Part shown: positions 49,080 to 59,193 of the stretch, in pieces | Layout: every line of letters starts with the position of its first letter | Numbering within the stretch: position 1 is the first letter of the stretch | IMG/VR virus record: IMGVR_UViG_3300005805_000001 | Location: 1 to 64,000 of that record | Length of the DNA stretch: 64,000 nt | Strand: one strand, 5' to 3' | From: a virus | Lineage: Duplodnaviria; Caudoviricetes | Notes under the pieces: model-generated | Told to the model about the DNA's origin: nothing | The model's input: the letters and a program-made list of their open reading frames with translations, nothing else | Databases searched by the model: none | Position numbers and translations under genes: made by a program

Positions 49080-50127
49080 TGAAGTATAAGTCTATGTTTG
49101 TGAATCCCGAACCGCTCCTGTTCAACATTACAAGGAATTCCCTGTAGTTGTCTCCGAGCCTGTCAATGTCATACCCTTCGTAATTCTCGATCTTGTAACG
49201 ATGCGGAGCAAACAGTCCGAACATCACATTTACATCACGCTGGGTAAGTTTGCAATCTGCAAGACCGTCGGGACTTGGTCTGAGTTTTGCAACTATGCTG
49301 TCACCTTTGAAGGTGAATTGCTGTTTCTCCTGGTCCGCTGCCTGCTGCTGGATGACCACTGGAATGTATCTCCACCTGTCACGCATCGCAAGACAATACT
49401 TGCTGCTGAAGGAGAAGATGGTGCTCCACAAGTCAGCTCCCCTTTCGGGATGCAGAAGACTTAGGTGATCCACGACAACTATCACATATTCATTAGGGTC
49501 ATTTGGCTCATATCTGTTTATTGACAAATTGGCTTTGTCCCTGATCTGCGGATCATCACTCATAAGGCTTGACAATGGTATTGCATTGTTGTTGGCGTCA
49601 TAATGAGTACCGTTCCTGAACGCATGATTCCTCACATGTTTGTAGATACCATAGGGATTCTTCACATTGTCTATGAACTCAACCATTGATTCGAATCTTT
49701 CCATCTCCTCGTCATAGGTGTCAATGAGCTTCTCTATCTCATCCTCGAGGATGTAACTCTCGAAGCGGGACTTGAGTTTCTCAGGGGATATCACTATCCC
49801 ATGGTCCTTGTACAACCTGTAACTATAGTACTGGCTTATCTTCTCCTCCTTGCTGACCTCCAGCGAAAAGTAGAATATCTTGACCTTTATGTCAGACTCG
49901 TACTTCGTGGCAAACTCATAGGGATTATACACGAATAGAAAGTCAGCGAGCTTTGTCTTGCCCACCTTGCTATTGGCGGTCACAAGATAATACTTCTCCT
50001 GTTCTATTCCAGGGACGATCTTTCCAAGTTTTGGAAGCAGCACGAAAGGAACACAGGTATATCCTCCATCGAGGCGTACCTGTTTGTTCTTCTTTATCTC
50101 CTTTTTTACATTCTTGAATATGCTCAT
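48982..50127 (-). CDS. dnaB: DnaB-like replicative helicase
   Basis: Walker A ANSKVGKTK, FSLEVS, Walker B VVVDHLSLL, VIQQQ, and GLADCK.TQRD.NVMFGLF.P.R. Confidence 0.85.
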   Translation of the reverse strand: MSIFKNVKKEIKKNKQVRLDGGYTCVPFVLLPKLGKIVPGIEQEKYYLVTANSKVGKTKLADFLFVYNPYEFATKYESDIKVKIFYFSLEVSKEEKISQYYSYRLYKDHGIVISPEKLKSRFESYILEDEIEKLIDTYDEEMERFESMVEFIDNVKNPYGIYKHVRNHAFRNGTHYDANNNAIPLSSLMSDDPQIRDKANLSINRYEPNDPNEYVIVVVDHLSLLHPERGADLWSTIFSFSSKYCLAMRDRWRYIPVVIQQQAADQEKQQFTFKGDSIVAKLRPSPDGLADCKLTQRDVNVMFGLFAPHRYKIENYEGYDIDRLGDNYREFLVMLNRSGSGFTNIDLYFNGAVNFFKELPLPGEIKEEHYKGIEATNKKAK

Positions 50128-50681
50128 ACCCTTTTCTCCCCCGTGCTTAAAATATGCGCAGTCTTGTTGTCAAAGTCCTCACACAATGAAGCAAGCTTCG
50201 AACCTCCAGCCTTCTGGATAAAGTAATCAGCCTGTGTCATGTACGCATAGCCGTTCCTTCTCATCTGCTCGACATAGAGTTTTGTCGCTTCAAGTATGGT
50301 GCGCTTCGAGAACTCGGGATAAGTCATAAGAAACCATGTGAGTTTCTTTATGATCCCGTTCTTGTCACCACGTATTGGCGTACCATTCCCTGACTTTACT
50401 CCTTTTGGAAACAGCGACCTGTATTGGTCTACAAACTGCATGAAGTCATCAGGTTTCTCAAACAATGCAAGGCCTGAACCTGTAAGGTTATACTTACGTT
50501 CTTCGTCAGGGTCTTCCCTTAATAATTTTCTTTCCACCAATGAATGGTACTCTGATTCAGGCAGGTCCATAAACTCAGCTGGATCCTGTCCGTTTTTTAT
50601 ACAATGTAAAATGCAATAACAGTTTGGACTCAAGTCCATGCCTTGCAGTTTCTCAAGGTCGATGTTTATGTTCATCGTCAT
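50124..50681 (-). CDS. Putative replication initiator/helicase-loader-type protein
   Basis: Winged-helix-like N-part (YHSLVERKLL..YNLTGSG) and a helical C-part (F..YP.....ILEATKLYV), immediately upstream of DnaB. Confidence 0.45.
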   Translation of the reverse strand: MTMNINIDLEKLQGMDLSPNCYCILHCIKNGQDPAEFMDLPESEYHSLVERKLLREDPDEERKYNLTGSGLALFEKPDDFMQFVDQYRSLFPKGVKSGNGTPIRGDKNGIIKKLTWFLMTYPEFSKRTILEATKLYVEQMRRNGYAYMTQADYFIQKAGGSKLASLCEDFDNKTAHILSTGEKRV

Positions 50682-50943
50682 CCTGTTTTAATCCGTCCAA
50701 CTCATCCTTCAAATCACGCAACCACTTTTTGTTGGCTTGAACCAGTTCCTTTTTGGAAAGGGTTCCTCCTTTGCAAACAGGGCAAGGCGTAAAGAGCTTA
50801 CCGTCCTTGGTAAGCTCTTCTGCGCCAAAGCAGTATTCACATTCAATATGGTGGTGTTCCTCCATCCAGAGGCAGAATTCTAATACATTTAGTAGTCTTA
50901 CGCCAGTAATCGCTGTGCCAGTAATAAGTGTTGTAAACGACAT
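50653..50943 (-). CDS. Small zinc-finger protein
   Basis: CEYC...CPVC. The true start is probably the ATG at 50865. Confidence 0.55.
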   Translation of the reverse strand: MSFTTLITGTAITGVRLLNVLEFCLWMEEHHHIECEYCFGAEELTKDGKLFTPCPVCKGGTLSKKELVQANKKWLRDLKDELDGLKQDDDEHKHRP

Positions 50944-51034
50944 ACAGATAAATTCCGTCTATCTGTCTTCCAAGGCTGAGCCTTATACCGGAGCAGAGAT
51001 AAGCCAACAAAGATAATACAATAACCTCAAACAT
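50843..51034 (-). CDS. Small membrane-anchored hypothetical protein
   Basis: 63 aa with a hydrophobic N-terminus (MFEVIVLSLLAYLCSG). Its start overlaps the upstream stop. Confidence 0.4.
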   Translation of the reverse strand: MFEVIVLSLLAYLCSGIRLSLGRQIDGIYLYVVYNTYYWHSDYWRKTTKCIRILPLDGGTPPY

Positions 51035-51209
51035 AGCCTAGGTTTTTATAAATTAAATACCTGTCCATCATCTCAATGCGGACATCCTTACTCAACTTGT
51101 TCTTTTTCAGCATCTTGTTGTGCTGTTTGACAAGCTTCTTGTTCAGATTGCATGAGCTTTTGGTACTTTTTGATGCAATCTTCCGTGCCGTTGCAATAGA
51201 TTTCTTCAT
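51027..51209 (-). CDS. Small basic hypothetical protein
   Basis: 60-aa Lys-rich ORF. Confidence 0.5.
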   Translation of the reverse strand: MKKSIATARKIASKSTKSSCNLNKKLVKQHNKMLKKNKLSKDVRIEMMDRYLIYKNLGYV

Positions 51210-52344
51210 AGTTAGTGATGTTTTCCATGGCCTTCTTGTACCACTTTGCTTCTTGGGTACCCAAGGTCATGTAGATGAATACATTACCTGTCTGGTCACT
51301 CACCCTTTGACGTCCTATCGCCTGGATCATGTCAAGCTCCTTGCTGTAATAGGACATTAGAATGGTGTTGTCCAGATCCTTCAAGTTGGCACCCTGCTTG
51401 AGCATCTTGAATGAACCGACTGTGTTTATCACACCATTGTCAAAGTCCTCACGGATCTTTTGGTTCTGCTTGTCAGTTTTCTTGTTGCTTATCACATTGG
51501 GTGTTACCTGTGTCAGTGCGTCAATGCTGTTGCCAAACACGAGTGTCTTGCCTTCCAGGACCTTCAACAATTCCTGTACTGCCACAATCTTGCTTGGTAA
51601 ATTATACAACACCTTTGCACGTCCCGCGGATGTCATCCTTATGCGGAACAGTTTCTTCTGTCCTTCAGGCAGGAACAATGTCCTTCTGAATTCAGAATCC
51701 CAGTAATCATAGGAAGCCTTCTCTGTCGTCATGAAGGGATTTGCCTTTGTGCCTGCGGGAACATTCTTATGCACATCATCAAGCTGATGATAGATTATGA
51801 ACATCCGCAGTTTCTTGGCAGTCCCGTCACTCACAGCCTCATTCAAGGTGTATTTGAAACAGACAGGTGCGATGGAATCAACCATCATCCCCTTGTCCAC
51901 TTCCTGTTCGTCAACCATGTAGGTGGTTCCACGGTCTATCGTTGCTGACAGACCGAGGAGCGCACCATACTGGTTTTGCTTGTAAAACATTCCATATACA
52001 GGAGTAAGCGAGCTGTGTATCTCGTCAGCACATACCAGATCCCATTGGGTGTTCTGCCACTTGCATGCGGATTGGTAACAGCTGAACGTCAGGCTATGTT
52101 CCTGCAGAAGGTTCCAGCCATAGACCTTCTCGAAGAACTGTATGTCCTTCATCAAGTCAAATTCACGCTGGGTTGTCTCTGCAAGAAACAATACCCTGGA
52201 GCCTTTCGGCAAAAGCCGACAAGCTTTGAGAAAACAGAACGTCTTCCCAATACCGGTACTGAGGTTAACAGTACCTTTCTTGCCGGCCTCTACCCAGGCT
52301 TCCACCGCTTTATCTTGTATTTCAGCCCTTTTGGCGTCTAACAT
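51088..52344 (-). CDS. Superfamily 2 (DExH) helicase
   Basis: LSTGIGKT, DEIH, LGLSAT, and IQAIGR motifs. Confidence 0.9.
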   Translation of the reverse strand: MLDAKRAEIQDKAVEAWVEAGKKGTVNLSTGIGKTFCFLKACRLLPKGSRVLFLAETTQREFDLMKDIQFFEKVYGWNLLQEHSLTFSCYQSACKWQNTQWDLVCADEIHSSLTPVYGMFYKQNQYGALLGLSATIDRGTTYMVDEQEVDKGMMVDSIAPVCFKYTLNEAVSDGTAKKLRMFIIYHQLDDVHKNVPAGTKANPFMTTEKASYDYWDSEFRRTLFLPEGQKKLFRIRMTSAGRAKVLYNLPSKIVAVQELLKVLEGKTLVFGNSIDALTQVTPNVISNKKTDKQNQKIREDFDNGVINTVGSFKMLKQGANLKDLDNTILMSYYSKELDMIQAIGRQRVSDQTGNVFIYMTLGTQEAKWYKKAMENITNYEEIYCNGTEDCIKKYQKLMQSEQEACQTAQQDAEKEQVE

Positions 52345-52353
52345 AAGTCAGGA

Positions 52354-53676
52354 TTAAAATGAGTGTTCCTCACAATACTCTCCATTGTCACAATTATCAC
52401 AGTAATCATTTTCTTCATCATAAGAATAACTCTCACGATCAGACTCTTCCTCTTCCCAAATGAAATCAAGACGTTTTTTTACGACTGATTCGGCATTAGC
52501 GAGGTTATGGAAGATTGAACTGAATGCTGCGGAACTTGACACGCCGAGGATGTGGTTCACATTCAATTCATAAACAGAACTGCGTGCAACCATGTCTTTC
52601 AACATCACAACCTGATCAGCGAAGTGATCAAGAAGAATGTCAGAACCATCAAAGTCGGAAGAATCCAACAATGAGTTCTCATCATTGTCCTCAAGCACTG
52701 CAATTGGAGTGAACGCACAGGTACGCAACTTACCATCCTCACCTTGAGGAACTGCAAGCACATCCATTGGATTCACAACCACGAGGATCGGTGTATCGCC
52801 AAAGCCTGAATAATCATAGGCTTTGCTTGCGACATGCAATCCGCGTGAGCAGCTCACCTGATTGGATTGATTGCCCTCATGACGCTCGATGCGAGCCTCC
52901 ACACCAATGCGGTAATCCATCCTGCGGGTATGATTGTCGGTGAATTGCTGTTCCTGATTGGACAACTCATCATACAACCTGTCAAGCTTACCAACCACAT
53001 CACCGTCAACCACTGGAGCTATGTGATACTGTCCATGCTTGGATATCACATAATAGTTTGCAGGATCCATGCGCCAGATGGTCTTTACCTTCACATAGGA
53101 GTTTGATACAAACTCGATCAGGTCTTTAGCAGCTGTCTGGTTCAAGGATACGACACGACGATACGCAAGGAACATACCCTGCGAAGTGATAGGCATGCCA
53201 TGATGCTTCAAGAAGCGGAACAAATCCTCACGACTTGCAGGATTGGGATTTAATGCACACCACATCCAGAAATTGTCAAGGGACTTGAACGCCTTGAAGT
53301 TTTCAAGGGTGTCAAGATTAAATTCCTGTTTCTTGAACTGATTGTACGCCTGTACATATTCAATGGCAAGATCCTCAGGGATGCTTAGCTCTATGCCTGT
53401 GCGGTAAAGGGCTGTGCCATTCACTTTGAAAAGACTTGGATACTCGGATGCAAGGTCATTGATAGTAGCTACCATTTCCTTCTTGGCGGCAAAACGTGCC
53501 TCCTCATTACTCAATTCAGGGACAAGAAGCCTCTTAATGCTTTCAATGTCGCCTTGTTCATACAGGGAATGAACCCTTTGAAAGAGTTCATCCGTGCAGT
53601 TGTTTGTCGTGATGATCGAACCGTCATCAGTCATTACGGTAAGGTTATTACCGATTTTCAGAAGTTTCATCTTCAT
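52354..53676 (-). CDS. rIIB: rIIB-like protein
   Basis: FW.W..LNP, LF.FL....MPIT..G.FLAYR, and C-terminal CSRGLHVAS..Y...FG...LV.VNP.DV.AVP.....KLRTC. Confidence 0.8.
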   Translation of the reverse strand: MKMKLLKIGNNLTVMTDDGSIITTNNCTDELFQRVHSLYEQGDIESIKRLLVPELSNEEARFAAKKEMVATINDLASEYPSLFKVNGTALYRTGIELSIPEDLAIEYVQAYNQFKKQEFNLDTLENFKAFKSLDNFWMWCALNPNPASREDLFRFLKHHGMPITSQGMFLAYRRVVSLNQTAAKDLIEFVSNSYVKVKTIWRMDPANYYVISKHGQYHIAPVVDGDVVGKLDRLYDELSNQEQQFTDNHTRRMDYRIGVEARIERHEGNQSNQVSCSRGLHVASKAYDYSGFGDTPILVVVNPMDVLAVPQGEDGKLRTCAFTPIAVLEDNDENSLLDSSDFDGSDILLDHFADQVVMLKDMVARSSVYELNVNHILGVSSSAAFSSIFHNLANAESVVKKRLDFIWEEEESDRESYSYDEENDYCDNCDNGEYCEEHSF

Positions 53677-54016
53677 GGTTTATTAGGTTTAAAGCGGTTA
53701 AATTAATGATGTAAGGTACTGAATCTCCAGAAGTTCTCCAATGGGCAAGTCCAAGACTTCTTGATTCTGTCTGGTTTTTAAGGTCTTTTATACCTTCTTC
53801 AAGACTTTCATGCCCTCTGGTCTTAAGGTATTTTTTGTCATGGTTGCCCCATCTGCTTTGACCATACTCTGCCGTAACAGTCAAACTTTTTTCGTTTATA
53901 CGCAACACTTTACCTACGCGGATGCCTATCTGTCCGCACTCTGCAATCACATCACCCACTGTTATCGGGTGGTTCATAAAATCAACAAGGTTCCTCTGAT
54001 TCATCTGATTTTTCAA
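53648..54016 (-). CDS. Hypothetical protein between rIIA and rIIB
   Basis: 122 aa, overlapping both rII genes. DFMNHPITVGDVIA suggests an SH3/KOW-like start. Confidence 0.55.
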   Translation of the reverse strand: MKNQMNQRNLVDFMNHPITVGDVIAECGQIGIRVGKVLRINEKSLTVTAEYGQSRWGNHDKKYLKTRGHESLEEGIKDLKNQTESRSLGLAHWRTSGDSVPYIINLTALNLINHEDETSENR

Positions 54017-56369
54017 TTATTTGAGGTGTTTGATAATGTGTTAATGCCAAACGTATCTTCCTACGCTTAGCCGTGTCAATTGTGAACTTCACAGTTTCAG
54101 GACCGAATGTATTGTAATACACTGATCCTCCATTCGAACTGTAATCCCTGTTACTGCCCGCAGTCCTGATGAATTGCAGGAACTCATAATCATCAAGGAT
54201 TTTGTTAAACTTGCTGAGTAAGGCGAGTAATTCAAAGTCCCACATGTTGGTCTCCTTCGCCTTGTCAATCATGACCTGGTGCAATGCTGCGGCTTTCTTG
54301 AATCCGTGTTGTGCATTCAAGGTCTTGTACATTCCACACTGCAGTTTGATTATTTTGTCAACAATCTCACTGGCCGCAGGATCCAATATACTCAGGAGTT
54401 TGTTGTTTCCAAACCATCTGTAATAAGGGGAAACCTCATTATATACAAATGCCAAGGTACTCAATTTTGCAAACAGTTTGCACTTGCCTTTCAACAATTC
54501 GTTTATCTCGATGAAGTTTGTCAAAGGTGCGAAATACTTGTGATGTGTCTTTGCGACCATCAATGTCTCCATCTTGACTCCTTCATGATAATACCCGAAA
54601 GTATGCATTCGAGCAAGCAGTTCTTTGTCATCCTCCGTGCCATATACAATCCATTTGCGGATGTTTGGAAGTTCTGAAAGCTTCATGTCCTTGTTCTGGA
54701 ATGATGCCGTGGCATTGTAAACAGCGGGAGTAACGGCAACCTTGACAAGTATCTTGCCATTGGATTTGCGCAACGCGTTGATCCCACTTCCAGAGTTTGG
54801 AACAAGGGCCCTTTGTGCAGCAAGCCAATCCTTGGTTGGATTCATGTCGTCATACTTCAGGACTTGCCTTGACATGATGAAATTCCTTTGGAACTCCTGG
54901 AAAGCCTTGATCCTTTCACGCCATTTGGCACGAGGAACATTGGCCAATCCAAGAATGAAATAATAGGAATGCTGGTCATCATATCTGTACACGGACTTTT
55001 TAGAGAACAATGGAGTGCCTATCCTTTTGATACACATCCAGTCATTTGTCGAGTGGGTTTCACACATGAACTTGGTGCGCTTGGGATCAAGCGTGTGTGT
55101 CTCCATCAACAGGACTTTGGTGTTTGTATATTCACCATTCAATGTGTCAAGAAAGCTGTGGTTAAGCATGGAATAACGCGTATTGCCGTTCTCATCCTTG
55201 GCTTGTTTCGACTTCTTGCCTCCTTGAATACTGGCATATCCCATGTAATCCGAAAGGATTTGACGCCAATCACTTACATTCAAATGATATGGAAAGCCTT
55301 TTAACCTCACAGGCTTTGTGACTTGGGCACTTTGACTGGGAGTGAGATAATACATCTCATTACCTATCTTCACGCATTTGTTCTTGAGCATCTTGACAAA
55401 ATCCTCAAGATCCTCAACTTCCGTGTTCTTGGCGTCATACAATGCCACAATCTCCTTGTCAAACTCTTCGAGTCTTTTCTGGACATTCTCAACGGTCTTC
55501 TTGTTGTAAAGGATTGACTCACGGTTTGGAGTGATTGCAAGCTCACCTATGCTGAAATTCAAGGCAAGATCCTGATATCCCTCACTTCCATTTCTATACT
55601 TGGCGGAAATATTTGAATCAAGCTTGGACCAATCCAAAGGATAACTCACAGGACCCAACTTGATGCGCAAAGGCCTGTCCGAAAGCTCGGAATATGTGAA
55701 TGACTTGCCCTTGATCATCTTGTAGTTGTTCATCTGTGCCTCTTCGTCAATGTTAAAATACACATTCTCGAAGAAACAAAGCTGTTGCTTGGTTGCCCTG
55801 ATGAAGTCACGCTTGTCACTCCAACCATTGATGAACACTTTGATGGTGGTACCACTTGGAAGATCACTCGGGCTGATGCCAAGCATATCAATCTGTGGAA
55901 GACCATCCGCCTTGTGCATGATGTACTGATACTGCATGCCGTTGTGACGGGTGGTGATGTAGATCTGGTCAGTGTAACTAAGACCTGCGAACTTACCAAG
56001 ACCCATCATGCCGATGGCTTCATTTGATTCACGTTTTGTGGACTTACCGAACTTACGGTAAACCTTCTCAATCCTTTCAGGCGATATGCCTGGGCCAAGA
56101 TCAGTCACATACCAATATGATCCCTGATCCTTGTCAGTCTGTATGCCCACCTCGATAGGCTTGTCTTTGTTACCTGACTCGACATTTGCGTCCCACGCGT
56201 TCGAACTGTACTCCCGTACAAGTGAACCGATGGGATCTGAATACAGATTGCTTGATAAGATCTGGAGTATCCACCCCAGATCCTCTGCGTCAATCTCAGC
56301 CTTGTGAGATTGGATTTCACCCACTATGGTTACATCCTGCAGGTTTGAATTAAGAATGTCCTGTTTCAT
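53982..56369 (-). CDS. rIIA: rIIA-like protein with N-terminal GHKL (Hsp90-like) ATPase domain
   Basis: LSSNLYSDPIGSLVREYSSNAWDA, VTDLGPGIS, FGKSTK, and G.MGLGKFAG.SY. Confidence 0.85.
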   Translation of the reverse strand: MKQDILNSNLQDVTIVGEIQSHKAEIDAEDLGWILQILSSNLYSDPIGSLVREYSSNAWDANVESGNKDKPIEVGIQTDKDQGSYWYVTDLGPGISPERIEKVYRKFGKSTKRESNEAIGMMGLGKFAGLSYTDQIYITTRHNGMQYQYIMHKADGLPQIDMLGISPSDLPSGTTIKVFINGWSDKRDFIRATKQQLCFFENVYFNIDEEAQMNNYKMIKGKSFTYSELSDRPLRIKLGPVSYPLDWSKLDSNISAKYRNGSEGYQDLALNFSIGELAITPNRESILYNKKTVENVQKRLEEFDKEIVALYDAKNTEVEDLEDFVKMLKNKCVKIGNEMYYLTPSQSAQVTKPVRLKGFPYHLNVSDWRQILSDYMGYASIQGGKKSKQAKDENGNTRYSMLNHSFLDTLNGEYTNTKVLLMETHTLDPKRTKFMCETHSTNDWMCIKRIGTPLFSKKSVYRYDDQHSYYFILGLANVPRAKWRERIKAFQEFQRNFIMSRQVLKYDDMNPTKDWLAAQRALVPNSGSGINALRKSNGKILVKVAVTPAVYNATASFQNKDMKLSELPNIRKWIVYGTEDDKELLARMHTFGYYHEGVKMETLMVAKTHHKYFAPLTNFIEINELLKGKCKLFAKLSTLAFVYNEVSPYYRWFGNNKLLSILDPAASEIVDKIIKLQCGMYKTLNAQHGFKKAAALHQVMIDKAKETNMWDFELLALLSKFNKILDDYEFLQFIRTAGSNRDYSSNGGSVYYNTFGPETVKFTIDTAKRRKIRLALTHYQTPQIIEKSDESEEPC

Positions 56370-56384
56370 TTAATGCTGAATTGT

Positions 56385-56669
56385 TTAGTTGGTTTTGTCT
56401 AAATAGATAAATAAGCCTTCCTGTTCGAAAGGGTACTGAAAATCATGAAATACAAACGCAGTCCAATCAAAATACTTTTTCCTGATGTACTCGTCTTTTA
56501 TTCTCCAATATGCATTGTTTACATACTGCAACACAGAGTTGCGCATATGTATCTTCCTGAATACCTCTGATTCTGTAGAGGCTGTAATCTTTTCTTCAGC
56601 CTGTAAGACAGGCAAGTTCCCTTTTCCAGGAACAGGACAATAAAACTCCACTTCAATCGTTACATTCAT
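56385..56669 (-). CDS. Hypothetical protein
   Basis: 94-aa ORF in the - strand operon. Confidence 0.55.
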   Translation of the reverse strand: MNVTIEVEFYCPVPGKGNLPVLQAEEKITASTESEVFRKIHMRNSVLQYVNNAYWRIKDEYIRKKYFDWTAFVFHDFQYPFEQEGLFIYLDKTN

Positions 56670-56826
56670 GTTTGTAGATTTTAATCAAGGCGTTTTCAAA
56701 CGCCTCTGTGGTTTTCAATCCTTCGTCTTTTATCATCCTTGAAATGTTTATCTCCGTGTTGTCGAAATAAACAATAAGAGCTTTGTATTCCTCAAGGCTG
56801 AGTTCCAATTGAATCATTTTGTCCAT
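56653..56826 (-). CDS. Small hypothetical protein (not in ORF track)
   Basis: 57-aa ORF MDKMIQLELSLEEYKAL..., read by hand. It fills the gap and overlaps the next start. Confidence 0.45.
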   Translation of the reverse strand: MDKMIQLELSLEEYKALIVYFDNTEINISRMIKDEGLKTTEAFENALIKIYKHECND

Positions 56827-56828
56827 GT

Positions 56829-56948
56829 TTAGAATCTGATTATCATTTTATAATGTTCCAGGGCTTCTTCATATGTATAAGCCCAAATCCTATATCCGTC
56901 AATTACAAATAACTTTTTTTCCTTGACGGTTGTGTTTATTTTGTCCAT
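56829..56948 (-). CDS. Small hypothetical protein (not in ORF track)
   Basis: 39-aa ORF MDKINTTVKEKKLFVIDGYRIWAYTYEEAL..., overlapping the polymerase stop. Confidence 0.4.
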   Translation of the reverse strand: MDKINTTVKEKKLFVIDGYRIWAYTYEEALEHYKMIIRF

Positions 56949-58819
56949 GAATCACTGATTGTTATGTCACTTAATACTGGTACTGTTTTAATCATTTCCA
57001 TGCCTGCCTCCTGCATCAATCTCTGTTGTATCAGGGACCACTCTTCCGCAAAGTCTGCCCGTACCTCACAATCGATTTGATCATGAACAGTCATCACAAT
57101 GTAGACTTTATCATTCATTAAGTGGTCTTTTATGTACTTACGAATGAGATATAATGCACGCTTGACCATTTGGGCACCCGAGGCTTGGATGGGAGTGTTC
57201 ATTGAGGCACGCTCAATCTCTCCGACCATCTTGAAGTCATCCCTTTCCTTCAAGGATTCCCATTTTGGGAACCATCTGATGATTGAGTATGGCTTGAATG
57301 ATCTGATGAATCCCTTGCTCATGCCATACTTGCGGCACTTGGAGAGATATGCGTTGAGATTGGCTGTCGCCTTGAAATAATCCTTGATGATCTTGTCCGC
57401 ATCCTTGACTTCAATGCTCAATGTGTCAGCAAGTTTGAACTTGGACATGCCGTAAATCAAGCCAAAATTCACAGTCTTTGCAGCGTCACGATAGGACTTG
57501 CCACGAAGGAACTCAGGCTTGTCCCTGACTTGATCCATTGGTACATTGAACACCATTGACGCCACCTTGGAATGCAGGTCCTCACCATTATTGAACGCGT
57601 CAACCCATAATGGTTCCTGACTGCCTTCAGCACACAATCTTAACTCTTGGCCACTGAAGTCACAGCTCACCATCTTGAATCCAGGTCTTGCAGTGAAGCA
57701 ATTCCTGTACTCGATTTTCGCAGGAATGTTCTGCATGTTGGGAGCACGTTCCTCTTTTGAACCAGAAGTCACACGGCTTGTCTCCGCCATTTGCCAGAAG
57801 GAAGTATGTATCCTGCCTGTGTTAGGATTGACATGATCCATGAAATCCAGACCATAGGTTGTCACAAGCTTCTGTTGTTTCTTGTAATCAATAAATGTCT
57901 TGATCAACGGATACTTGTATTGATACTTGACAAGAAACCTCTCACTCGTGCTCTCCAAGTCAAGACCCAATGCCTTGAAGACCTTGTCTACCTGGCTTGG
58001 ACTGGACCATAGAATGGCGACAGGACTCTCATGTTCATATCCATCCTCAATGCCTGCGAACATGTTTGCTTGCACCATGGGTTTTACAAACCTTTCAAGC
58101 TTTGGTTCCTCAAGAACAAGCCTGTTGAGTTCCTCTTCATACTTGATCTCACTCTCTTGTGCCTTGGACGCCAGTTCAATCCATGCCTCACGACTGAATC
58201 CCATGCCGTTGTACTCAATGTCTGCAAGGGCGAGACAAGCGTTGAACTCATTCTCAACCCATGGCAGAATGTCAAGCTCCTCGAGTTTCTTGAGCTGAGC
58301 CTCCTTGATCTGAGTCAGACATGTCACGTCACCCACGCCATACATTATCTGCTGCTCGGTAAATGGTTGTCCCTGGATGTCAGAGAACTGTCCACGCACG
58401 GCTTTGTTCAGCTTTATGCCGCAATACTTGTCAGCCAGATGCGCAAGACCCAATGATCTTGTCTCATAGCCATTGGTGATGCAGCACTCCGCAAGCATGG
58501 TGTCATAGATGTTCTCCAATGTGATGCCATGGAACTTCAAATACTTGTAATCAAACTTCAGGTTCTGGCCTGTGACCTTGATCTGCTCCAACCTTTTCAA
58601 CACACTGATGTCCGTGTACCTGACGTCAATGACATATGTCACATCAGCCCAGTTCATCTGGAGCATCAATATCTTGTTCTTGTGGTTGAAATGTCCCTCA
58701 GTCTCAGTATCCAAATTGACCTCATCAAGACCAGAAAGCCAGTCGATGCATTCCTGCAGACTGGCCTTTTGATACAGATCGCTTTGAAGCAATCCGTCAT
58801 TGCCTATAAAATACACCAT
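56936..58819 (-). CDS. polA: DNA polymerase family A with 3'-5' exonuclease domain
   Basis: Exo I LDTET, Exo II GQNLKFD, Exo III YGVGDV; motif A DFSGQELR, motif B R..AKTVNFGLIYG, motif C VHDQ. No 5'-3' exonuclease domain. Confidence 0.95.
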   Translation of the reverse strand: MVYFIGNDGLLQSDLYQKASLQECIDWLSGLDEVNLDTETEGHFNHKNKILMLQMNWADVTYVIDVRYTDISVLKRLEQIKVTGQNLKFDYKYLKFHGITLENIYDTMLAECCITNGYETRSLGLAHLADKYCGIKLNKAVRGQFSDIQGQPFTEQQIMYGVGDVTCLTQIKEAQLKKLEELDILPWVENEFNACLALADIEYNGMGFSREAWIELASKAQESEIKYEEELNRLVLEEPKLERFVKPMVQANMFAGIEDGYEHESPVAILWSSPSQVDKVFKALGLDLESTSERFLVKYQYKYPLIKTFIDYKKQQKLVTTYGLDFMDHVNPNTGRIHTSFWQMAETSRVTSGSKEERAPNMQNIPAKIEYRNCFTARPGFKMVSCDFSGQELRLCAEGSQEPLWVDAFNNGEDLHSKVASMVFNVPMDQVRDKPEFLRGKSYRDAAKTVNFGLIYGMSKFKLADTLSIEVKDADKIIKDYFKATANLNAYLSKCRKYGMSKGFIRSFKPYSIIRWFPKWESLKERDDFKMVGEIERASMNTPIQASGAQMVKRALYLIRKYIKDHLMNDKVYIVMTVHDQIDCEVRADFAEEWSLIQQRLMQEAGMEMIKTVPVLSDITISDSWTK

Positions 58820-58848
58820 GTCTATTCTTTTTTATAAGTTTCATTGTT

Positions 58849-59127
58849 TTATTTTGAATATACAATGTTTGCCTCAACTCCTTTTACGACAATCTTTGTA
58901 GGTCTATAGTTTTTGGGATTTAATAATAAGTACCCAAGCTGATATCCTCTCAAAGAGTTGTCAGGACAATACTCACCAAAAGGGGATAGTTTTATCTTCT
59001 CTCCCTTTGTTTCAATATTATTTGTTGGTTTAACAACCTCAAATTCAATAATAGTAGTCCAATTTTTCTTTTTCATCAGTACTTTTTCTAAAGATCCCCT
59101 ATATACTCTAGAGGCGGTTTGTTTCAT
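58849..59127 (-). CDS. Hypothetical protein (AT-rich)
   Basis: 92-aa ORF with A/T-ending codons. Confidence 0.5.
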   Translation of the reverse strand: MKQTASRVYRGSLEKVLMKKKNWTTIIEFEVVKPTNNIETKGEKIKLSPFGEYCPDNSLRGYQLGYLLLNPKNYRPTKIVVKGVEANIVYSK

Positions 59128-59193
59128 AATGTGTTATTTAATACCCAATCGGGTGTGTTTTTGTTAGTTTAAGCATTTATTATACCTTATCTG

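Noticed and set aside
51008-51015. TATCTTTG on the - strand as a promoter
   Set aside because: It lies inside a probable small ORF and lacks a properly spaced -33 element, so it may be a chance match.
48982-58819. Inteins or self-splicing introns in the helicases or polymerase
   Set aside because: Protein lengths are ordinary, motifs are contiguous, and no intein termini or homing endonuclease motifs were seen.
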